In this document: positions 8,693 to 15,515 of the stretch, one piece after another
How the letters are laid out: each line of letters begins with the position of its first letter
How positions within the stretch are numbered: position 1 is the first letter of the stretch
IMG/VR virus record: IMGVR_UViG_3300025416_000029
Location: 1-30,482 of that record
Source of the DNA: a virus
Taxonomy: Duplodnaviria > Caudoviricetes
Length of the DNA stretch: 30,482 bases
Direction: 5' to 3' (one strand)
Translations under genes and position numbers: made by a program
Notes under the pieces: generated by a model
The model's input: only the letters and a program-made list of their open reading frames with translations
Database searches by the model: none
What the model was told of the DNA's origin: nothing

Positions 8693-8931
8693 AAGCTATG
8701 GATTCAACTGCAGCAGGTATTTCTCAGGTTGTTGCGCTACTAACAGCTATAAGAAGCAATCAAGAAGATATTGCTTATGAGATGGTACTTGAATCGGATC
8801 CCATTGATCTGTTTAGTGCAATAACAGGGGTTCTGCTTGCAATACTCAACAGACTCTCTGAATCAACAGGAATATCAATAGATTTTTATCTTCAAGAACT
8901 TGGCAGATTAGCATTTAAAAATGAATACTGA
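8689..8931 (+). CDS. Small helical hypothetical protein
   Basis: ATGA overlap with the dps stop; start reassigned to 8689. Confidence 0.7.
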   Translation: MKAMDSTAAGISQVVALLTAIRSNQEDIAYEMVLESDPIDLFSAITGVLLAILNRLSESTGISIDFYLQELGRLAFKNEY

Positions 8932-9232
8932 AGAGCCATTATCATTACCAAATGGTATCAGTATGAATACCACAAAGAACGAAGATATTGTTCTTGATCT
9001 TGAAGAAGAAGTAATTAACAGCACCAGTTGCCAAACTTGCAGCATTGCATTTGAAAGCGTTCTTGTAAAGTTCGCTAGTGGTAAAAATGAAGGTGTTATC
9101 AGAGTGGTTGGTAACAGTTCATCTGCATGGAAGACATCCATGCCCAAGGATAGAGTGCGATCTGTCAAGCTGCTCAACGAAGCACTGTTGAAAAAGGTTG
9201 ACACACACAGAAAGATGATGCACAATGATTAA
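8921..9232 (+). CDS. Hypothetical protein (103 aa, CxxC)
   Basis: ORF overlapping both neighbours in operon fashion. Confidence 0.7.
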   Translation: MNTEEPLSLPNGISMNTTKNEDIVLDLEEEVINSTSCQTCSIAFESVLVKFASGKNEGVIRVVGNSSSAWKTSMPKDRVRSVKLLNEALLKKVDTHRKMMHND

Positions 9233-9362
9233 GTACAGCACAGACCCCTCAGCAGGGGCAAAAGCAATCACCAATAGCCCAACATCACCCATTAAGACCA
9301 AGGGTGGGCATGTAGAAGCAGAAGACGCCCTGGATCGTGATGCAGAAGATGCGAACGAATAG
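9225..9362 (+). CDS. 45-aa ORF not in the ORF track (MIKYSTDPSAGAKAITNSPTSPIKTKGGHVEAEDALDRDAEDANE)
   Basis: Fills the gap between 9232 and the RBS of 9376; the N-terminal MIKYS is identical to that of the prohead protease. Confidence 0.65.
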   Translation: MIKYSTDPSAGAKAITNSPTSPIKTKGGHVEAEDALDRDAEDANE

Positions 9363-9375
9363 ATAAAGGATAATA

Positions 9376-10209
9376 GTGGCCGAGGAACAGCCAGTAGTAC
9401 ACATCGTAATCCCTGATACACAGGCTAAAGACGGTGTACCAACAGATCATCTGACCTGGATTGGTCGGTATATCGTTGATGAGTATCACAACAAGAATAT
9501 CAAGATCATTCACCTTGGTGATCACGCTGACATGCCAAGTCTGTCCATGTATGACAAGGGCAAGAAGAGCATGGAGGGACGTAGAGTAAAAGCTGACATT
9601 GAGGCAGCTAATCTGGCCTGGGAGATTTTGAACCAGCCGCTTTACGACTACAACGATAACCGTCGCAGAACCAAGCACTCCATCTGGAACCCTGAGCGAC
9701 ACATTCTGCTGGGTAACCATGAGGACCGAATCAATCGTGCCACAGAGAGTGATGCACAGATTGATGGACTGTTTAGCACAGATGATCTGGACTATGCTCA
9801 CACCGGCTGGAAGGTTTCACCTTTCAAGGAGATCCTCTGGCTGGATGGTGTAGCATACAGTCACTTCTTCTACAACCCCATGACAGGCATGCCATATGGT
9901 GGCAACATTGAGACACGCCTCAAGACTGTAGGCCATACCTTCACTATGGGCCATCAACAGACCCTGATGTACGGCCTAAGGTTCGTTGCTGGCAAGAGTC
10001 AGCACGGTCTGGTGGCTGGTGCCTGTTACCTGCACGATGAGGACTACAAGGGGCCACAGGGTAATGCTCACTGGCGTGGTATCATTGTCAAGCATCAGGT
10101 GATCGATGGTAGCTATGATCCAATGTTCGTTAGCTTGGACTATCTGTGCAGACGCTATGAGGGAACCAGCCTGGAACGGTTTAAAAAGCTCAAGTATCCA
10201 CATATGTAG
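9376..10209 (+). CDS. Calcineurin-like metallophosphoesterase
   Basis: IPDTQ, HLGDHAD, LGNHE, YSH, MGHQQ motifs; AAGGA RBS with GTG start. Confidence 0.9.
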   Translation: MAEEQPVVHIVIPDTQAKDGVPTDHLTWIGRYIVDEYHNKNIKIIHLGDHADMPSLSMYDKGKKSMEGRRVKADIEAANLAWEILNQPLYDYNDNRRRTKHSIWNPERHILLGNHEDRINRATESDAQIDGLFSTDDLDYAHTGWKVSPFKEILWLDGVAYSHFFYNPMTGMPYGGNIETRLKTVGHTFTMGHQQTLMYGLRFVAGKSQHGLVAGACYLHDEDYKGPQGNAHWRGIIVKHQVIDGSYDPMFVSLDYLCRRYEGTSLERFKKLKYPHM

Positions 10210-10212
10210 TAT

Positions 10213-11256
10213 ATGGATACTGTCAAAAACTCTGGGCGCAAAAACTTCAAGTGTGTTTTTAATGATTACATCACTGATGAAAATCGTGATGCAGTTGTTC
10301 AGTCAGTCATTTCACAGTTCCAGGGTTATTTTGCTAACCCAGAAGTAACACTGGTTGATAGAGGTTTTGTTATCTCTCTTGATCTGAGCTCTGATCTTAC
10401 AGATAGTGCTGTGCGTGACAAGATTCTGTGGAACCGTTTTATTGAGCGTGTGACCACACAGGACAGTATCCGCAAGATACAGATCATCAGACTACCACAA
10501 GCTGGGCTGATGGATTTTGGTGGCAGGATTGAAGGCCAGGGCAGCGTTGGTGGATTTGGTCCAGATGTTGATCCAGTAACTGGTGATACCCATGTGGATG
10601 AAAAGCTGAACGTACATCAGGAACATCCAGCAAAATATGTTATTGATGGTGGAGCTGATCCAAAGATATTTGGTAATACTGCTGGTGTAAAATACGCTGA
10701 TCCTACTGACATAATGTCTGAGGATCAGGCTTTTGTAAAAGGTCTGACACCAGAAGGTCTGGATAGCAAAGCAACACAGCTACAGACCGAGCCTGCTGAT
10801 GCCCTGGAAAGTGGCAAAAGGATTCATGGATTCAGAGTGATCGCATTCGAAAGCGATACTGGTGGCAGTTTCACCATAACCAAACCCAACCAGTATGGTT
10901 CTGACATTAATGAAGTTCATACCTTGCAAAGAACCAATCAGGATCTAGCAATGCTTCCACGCGGTAACTTCTATAATACAGATATTAATAATGAGCGCGG
11001 CACCAGGACAGGTGTTGAAACAGAGTCTCGTGGGGATGAAGCAACCTCAGCACCATTGTCGTTTGCCGCTAGTGCGAAAGAACATATGCAGCGCCCAGAA
11101 GAAGAAGATGTTATCAGTGCTGTTGAATTGCCACAAGCAAGAGGTGGCGGGCAGGCTGTTCCTGACGGTGGTCAGGTAGAGGGCTGGTACGCTAGTAATT
11201 TTGGTTTAAACGAAACATATGACTATCTAGGTGATTCAGATGGCGACGATTTTTAA
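10213..11256 (+). CDS. Hypothetical protein (347 aa)
   Basis: Long ORF; acidic C-terminus; no family recognised. Confidence 0.8.
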   Translation: MDTVKNSGRKNFKCVFNDYITDENRDAVVQSVISQFQGYFANPEVTLVDRGFVISLDLSSDLTDSAVRDKILWNRFIERVTTQDSIRKIQIIRLPQAGLMDFGGRIEGQGSVGGFGPDVDPVTGDTHVDEKLNVHQEHPAKYVIDGGADPKIFGNTAGVKYADPTDIMSEDQAFVKGLTPEGLDSKATQLQTEPADALESGKRIHGFRVIAFESDTGGSFTITKPNQYGSDINEVHTLQRTNQDLAMLPRGNFYNTDINNERGTRTGVETESRGDEATSAPLSFAASAKEHMQRPEEEDVISAVELPQARGGGQAVPDGGQVEGWYASNFGLNETYDYLGDSDGDDF

Positions 11257-11800
11257 ACGATATGAATGTGGCCAAGCACCTAGCAAGTTTGTGCCTGGTG
11301 ACTTTATCCTGGTATCAACGAATGGTGTTCTGGCCAGGCTCATCAGGTTTGGTCAGTTCATCAGATACCATGGTAAGATGCGCCCGTTCTCTCACTGGAA
11401 TCACACTGCCATGGTGGTTAGTGAGTCTGGTGATATAGTAGAGGCAGTTGGGCGTGGAGTGATCACCAGTAATATCCACGACTACGATAATGTAGAGTAC
11501 TATTATGTCAGCACCAAGCTGAACAAGCAGAGCCGTGATCAGGTTGTAGCTGCAGCTAACAGCTTCTTAAAAGACAAGTATTCTTGGATCACCATCTTTA
11601 GTATCGCAATAGAACTGCTCACAGGTGTCAAGGTGCAGCTAACACAATCCAACACCATGATCTGTAGCGCAGTAGTAGGACAGAGCCTGTGGGCTGGTGG
11701 TATCATCTTTGATACCAGCCCCTATCAGATGATGCCAGCAGACCTGGCATGTGCATTTGACATAAAACTTGAAGAAAGCTTGACTACGCCAAATTCTTGA
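11240..11800 (+). CDS. Permuted papain-like amidase (YaeF/YiiX, C92 / permuted NlpC/P60)
   Basis: PGDFIL...WNHTAMVV...IVEA...Y...MICSAVV: His precedes Cys. Confidence 0.8.
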   Translation: MATIFKRYECGQAPSKFVPGDFILVSTNGVLARLIRFGQFIRYHGKMRPFSHWNHTAMVVSESGDIVEAVGRGVITSNIHDYDNVEYYYVSTKLNKQSRDQVVAAANSFLKDKYSWITIFSIAIELLTGVKVQLTQSNTMICSAVVGQSLWAGGIIFDTSPYQMMPADLACAFDIKLEESLTTPNS

Positions 11801-11808
11801 ATTATGAT
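11780..11808 (+). promoter_or_regulatory. Sigma70/SigA-type promoter, probably producing a leaderless transcript
   Basis: TTGACT (11780-85) - 17 bp - TATGAT (11803-08); ATG at 11816 lies 7 nt downstream. Confidence 0.7.
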
Positions 11809-11815
11809 GAAAATC

Positions 11816-11995
11816 ATGAAAAACAAGATAACTGTAGTTATTAGCTATGATGCATTAAACATCCAAAGCGATGAACTGGCCAGTCAAGAGATCAATGAAA
11901 CCATCAGTGGTCTGATGAACAGCTTGCGCACTCAGGTGAACAATGCTCAAGTAACAGTAAAGTTCCAAAACTTTACATTGAAGTCCCAAAACTAA
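11816..11995 (+). CDS. Small hypothetical protein
   Basis: In frame with the track ORF 11804; start placed at the predicted +1. Confidence 0.65.
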   Translation: MKNKITVVISYDALNIQSDELASQEINETISGLMNSLRTQVNNAQVTVKFQNFTLKSQN

Positions 11996-12004
11996 GGAGA
12001 TAAT

Positions 12005-12382
12005 ATGTCATTGAATGTAAACCGTCTGTTTCAGACCACAACTGTTCGTAATGTTGTTCGCGGAGCAGTTTCCAGCGTTGTAGGTGCACTGGTAGCCTGG
12101 GGGACCACCAAGTGGGCCAGCCTGAGCACTGGTAGCCTGTCTTACCTTGTTCCAGTATTCTCGAGCACATACTTTGCTCTGATTCACCTGTTGGAGGGCA
12201 AGTACCCACAACTGGGTTGGCTGTTGGGTGTTCTGCCAAACAAGCCAGAGGTTGTAGTGCCAACGCCTGCACCTGCTCCAGAGCCAGCACCAGTCCCTGT
12301 TAAGGAGAATGACCCAGTGGCCAAGAAGGCACCTGCTGCAAAAAAGGCACCTGCAGCAAAAAAGGCTGCACCAAAGAAGTAG
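12005..12382 (+). CDS. Holin-like membrane protein with a PAKK/AKKAP histone-like tail
   Basis: AAGGAG RBS; two hydrophobic segments; PAP linker; AKKAPAAKKAPAAKKAAPKK. Confidence 0.7.
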   Translation: MSLNVNRLFQTTTVRNVVRGAVSSVVGALVAWGTTKWASLSTGSLSYLVPVFSSTYFALIHLLEGKYPQLGWLLGVLPNKPEVVVPTPAPAPEPAPVPVKENDPVAKKAPAAKKAPAAKKAAPKK

Positions 12383-12389
12383 TAGTTTT

Positions 12390-12462
12390 TCCCTGGTAGC
12401 TCAATTGGCAGAGCAGCTGACTGTTAATCAGCGGGTTCCTGGTTCGAGTCCAGGCTGGGGAG
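12390..12462 (+). tRNA. tRNA-Asn(GTT)
   Basis: TCCCTGG/CTGGGGA acceptor, GCTC/GAGC D stem, GCTGA-CTGTTAA-TCAGC anticodon arm, CCTGG-TTCGAGT-CCAGG T arm; no encoded CCA. Confidence 0.95.
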
Positions 12463-12465
12463 CTT

Positions 12466-12555
12466 TAGGAAGGATGCCCTGTATCGTAAGAACAGGGAGT
12501 CTGTTCGATCAATGCGCTAGGTGACCTCTACGAACAGGGTGCTGACTCCTTCCTA
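12466..12555 (+). ncRNA. Putative structured RNA or degenerate tRNA-like element
   Basis: Perfect 9-bp closing stem TAGGAAGGA/TCCTTCCTA enclosing CCCTGT/ACAGGG and CTGTTCG/CGAACAG helices, 3 nt after tRNA-Asn. Confidence 0.5.
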
Positions 12556-12763
12556 TGATTTAAAACATAAGTGCACTACTGGTAACAATTTTGCTATAGA
12601 TCATGATCATGCCACTGGTAAGATAATAGGCTTGCTTTGCTTGAGCTGTAATGTTAAGATTGGATGGTTAGAAAGAAACAAAACATCTGTAGTGCAATAC
12701 CTTAAAATACAAAACGAGCGGCGAGACGCAGACGGTTACGCGGAAAAGCTTATATCTTTTTGA
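12521..12763 (+). pseudogene. Endonuclease VII-family (homing endonuclease) remnant
   Basis: IDHDHATGKIIGLLCLSCNVKIG matches the EndoVII core; the N-terminal CxxC pair is missing and the ORF overlaps RNA elements at both ends. Confidence 0.7.
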
Positions 12764-12791
12764 CTAGTAGGTTCAACTCCTACTCGCCGTA
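12718..12791 (+). tRNA. tRNA-Ile(TAT)
   Basis: GCGGCGA/TCGCCGT acceptor, CGC/GCG D stem, AAAAG-CTTATAT-CTTTT anticodon arm, GTAGG-TTCAACT-CCTAC T arm, discriminator A followed by CTA. Confidence 0.8.
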
Positions 12792-12804
12792 CTAAATACG
12801 GTAC

Positions 12805-12832
12805 ACAGGTTCAATTCCTGTTCTCCGGACCA
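12805..12832 (+). pseudogene. tRNA 3'-half fragment with CCA
   Basis: ACAGG-TTCAATT-CCTGT T arm, then TCTCCGG-A-CCA; no 5' half upstream. Confidence 0.7.
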
Positions 12833-12914
12833 TTTAAAACATCTCTGGTACCACCTAGATAGTGTAGGGTTCCCTACATGTCCAGCGCCCTGGTGGCAGA
12901 ATACGGAGATAGTT

Positions 12915-13346
12915 ATGACCTCGATGTTTGATTACGATGACTCGGTCAACCTGGCGTACAACGCCAAGCAGGCAGGCAAGAGCCTGGTAGCTGCCAAGCA
13001 TGAACTGCTTAATCGCACCGGTGAGTTCCTATTCATGGCACACAGCGACCGTGAGTTCGCCCTGCGATGCCAGATGGTTGAACAGGACATCGAAGGCGTT
13101 GCTTTCCGTCGTCTGGCCAGCATGAGTGACAGCAAGGCCAAGCTGGTTCACGCTGCGTATGATGAGTGGCAGCTTCGCCACGCCAGCTGCGAGATGTGTA
13201 AGGCTGCTAAGTCTGTTCAGTCAGAAACAAAGTGCATGGGCCCTGGCTGTGATAACCCAGTTAAGTCAAGCGAAAAATACTGTGGCCCAACCTGCCAAGA
13301 CAAGCACAGAACAGAAATAAAGTCTCAAAACGGTACGATGAATTAA
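12915..13346 (+). CDS. Hypothetical protein with C-terminal Zn fingers
   Basis: GGAG RBS; HASCEMC and CMGPGC...YCGPTC. Confidence 0.85.
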   Translation: MTSMFDYDDSVNLAYNAKQAGKSLVAAKHELLNRTGEFLFMAHSDREFALRCQMVEQDIEGVAFRRLASMSDSKAKLVHAAYDEWQLRHASCEMCKAAKSVQSETKCMGPGCDNPVKSSEKYCGPTCQDKHRTEIKSQNGTMN

Positions 13347-13367
13347 TTTGCTGTATTGATTGATACC

Positions 13368-14825
13368 ATGGCAAATAAATTTAATAGTGGGATAATCAAA
13401 ACTTCTGCATTCTGTAGTAAGTGCAACAACTATCATTTGATTCATAATGACTCTTGTGATCAAGGGCAAAAAGCCGTTGTTGAACCTACTATGACTGCTG
13501 ACGATGCTGGCTATACCCCATCGGAAAAGTTTGATAAAGCTACAGGGCAAGATCTCTCTGTCACTCCACGCTTTAATGACACTACAACTGTAGAGTCTTT
13601 CTTGGATGAAGTAGAGCCTTCTCCGCTCATCAAAAACTATATCCTGCAGATTCTCAGCCTTAGTAGCCCAGATGCTAGAGTCAAGAAGAGATCTATTGAA
13701 CGTTCTAAGTACAGTAGAAAACTGTTCAATGCTGCTAAATCTGAATTCGGTGATATGAATGAAGATGCACAATTCGGGTTCAGAGACAGAGTCCCAGAGC
13801 TAGAGGGAGGTTACTTAGAACCTGGTGACCTTGCGGGTGAGGACGAGCGTGCAGCTCTTGAAGAACCAACTAACTTTGACAGTGAAAATATCAATACCAT
13901 ACTAAGAACACATGGTATAGATCAAAACAATCATGTCGTCAGGCTGACTCCAAATGGTCCATGGGAGACTGTTAGCTCTTCTGAACCTGCACCTGGAAGC
14001 AGAATAGAATGTCCACATGATGACTGCCGTCATGCTGTAGAAGACGAAACTGCAGCAATGGGTTATAAATATGACTATTCTCAAGACCCAAGGTATGGCC
14101 CCAGACGTTGTGGTGCAGACCATAAAGTATGCGCAAGCTGTGAAGATCTTCCAATGATGAAAGGGCAGAAGTGCCCAACCTGTGGCAGAGATGGAGACCT
14201 TACTGCACAGCAAGCGGCTCTAGAAACAAAGGTTTATGACCCACGTTCTAACCTGATCAATGAAATAGCAGCACAGATTAACGCCGGTCCACAATATGAA
14301 AATATTGTTGGTGATGCTCAGCCAATGGTTAACAGTTGGGGCAATGATGGTACAAGCATCACCAATAGTAGATTCATGAGTGCTATTGATAACCTGCCCA
14401 AGCGTCATGAACTAGGTGCAGCAGAATTTGACGACCCAGAGACTCTTGACCCTGACAGCATCACAGATACGCCAGATCAATCTAAGCCTGATCCTGATGA
14501 AGATAAAACTGAAACTGATCTGCCAAAATCCCCACCTGTAGAAAGAATATCTGCACCAGCGACATATCATCACAAGTGCCAATACAAGTGTAACAATGGA
14601 TCTCTCATAGGTGCAAGAAGCCAAAGTGGTGCAGACCTACGTCAAAAGATACAGACCAGTGCTCCATATCTAAAAGCTATATCTGATGCTAGAAATCGCA
14701 TAGATACACTGGTAAAATTGAAAAAGATATTTGATTACGATACAGAGACAGCATTACAACCAGCTCTTGAGCAGATCAATCGAGAGTTCCTTAAATGCCC
14801 AGACGCACAAGAAGGTCAGGTCTAA
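13368..14825 (+). CDS. Large acidic multi-Zn-finger hypothetical protein
   Basis: Start reassigned to ATG 13368 (MANKFNSGIIKTSA); several Cys/His clusters. Confidence 0.8.
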   Translation: MANKFNSGIIKTSAFCSKCNNYHLIHNDSCDQGQKAVVEPTMTADDAGYTPSEKFDKATGQDLSVTPRFNDTTTVESFLDEVEPSPLIKNYILQILSLSSPDARVKKRSIERSKYSRKLFNAAKSEFGDMNEDAQFGFRDRVPELEGGYLEPGDLAGEDERAALEEPTNFDSENINTILRTHGIDQNNHVVRLTPNGPWETVSSSEPAPGSRIECPHDDCRHAVEDETAAMGYKYDYSQDPRYGPRRCGADHKVCASCEDLPMMKGQKCPTCGRDGDLTAQQAALETKVYDPRSNLINEIAAQINAGPQYENIVGDAQPMVNSWGNDGTSITNSRFMSAIDNLPKRHELGAAEFDDPETLDPDSITDTPDQSKPDPDEDKTETDLPKSPPVERISAPATYHHKCQYKCNNGSLIGARSQSGADLRQKIQTSAPYLKAISDARNRIDTLVKLKKIFDYDTETALQPALEQINREFLKCPDAQEGQV

Positions 14826-14828
14826 TAA

Positions 14829-15515
14829 GTGCCGTTACAAGAAAATTCAGGATCAGGTAGAGGTATCAGCAGTGAAGGCCTTCACTGCTTTGGCAACCGC
14901 TTGCTAGAGTTTATGAATAACAAGCCAGAACGATTTGAACAGATCATGGGGCCTAACCACAATGAAGATCTGTTGCCTTGCTACTCTAACCTTGGGCCTA
15001 ACTCAGAAATTGTTGACGAAGATGGCAACTTTATGGATGGTACCAATCAGATCACTCCTGAGAACATAGTCCCAGAAAAAGATCTGAACCTTGGTGCGCA
15101 CGAAGAAAACTTTGGTGGTGGTGGCGGTGCAGGTATTGTCAATAAAAAGATCAAGAGTGTTTTTGATAAAAGCAGAATGGTTATAAGCAATATAAGCAGT
15201 GGTCCGGTTTCATGCAACTGCGAGCATCACCGAGCAGAATACATTAGAAACCATAGATTGTTTCATCTTCTTTGCGATGGTATTATACCTTATGATCAAG
15301 AAGAGAAAAGATCACAATATGAGTTTACAAAAGACTTCATTGGCAAAGTAATGAAAACACGTAAAAACTTCTTGAAGAAAAAGAACACACCTGTTGCTGG
15401 CCCAGAACAAGTATTTCCATCCGCTGATGTTGTTCAAGCAGTAGATCTAGAGCAGTTTAATCCTGGCATGATTCGCTTGCAAGGAACAGATCCTGACTAT
15501 TGGCAAGGTTTGTAA
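14829..15515 (+). CDS. Hypothetical protein (228 aa), in frame with the upstream ORF
   Basis: GTG start directly after TAATAA; weak RBS. Confidence 0.6.
   Translation: MPLQENSGSGRGISSEGLHCFGNRLLEFMNNKPERFEQIMGPNHNEDLLPCYSNLGPNSEIVDEDGNFMDGTNQITPENIVPEKDLNLGAHEENFGGGGGAGIVNKKIKSVFDKSRMVISNISSGPVSCNCEHHRAEYIRNHRLFHLLCDGIIPYDQEEKRSQYEFTKDFIGKVMKTRKNFLKKKNTPVAGPEQVFPSADVVQAVDLEQFNPGMIRLQGTDPDYWQGL

Noticed and set aside
12309-12524. 71-aa ORF from the track
   Set aside because: Overlaps tRNA-Asn; spurious
12463-12555. Theta/HDV-like or hammerhead ribozyme after tRNA-Asn
   Set aside because: I could not build the nested double pseudoknot or find the CUGAnGA/GAAA cores; kept only as an unclassified structured RNA
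12805-12914. Circularly permuted tRNA (TCTCCGG pairing with downstream CGGAGA-TAG)
   Set aside because: CGGAGA is the RBS of ORF 12915 and no D or anticodon arms follow
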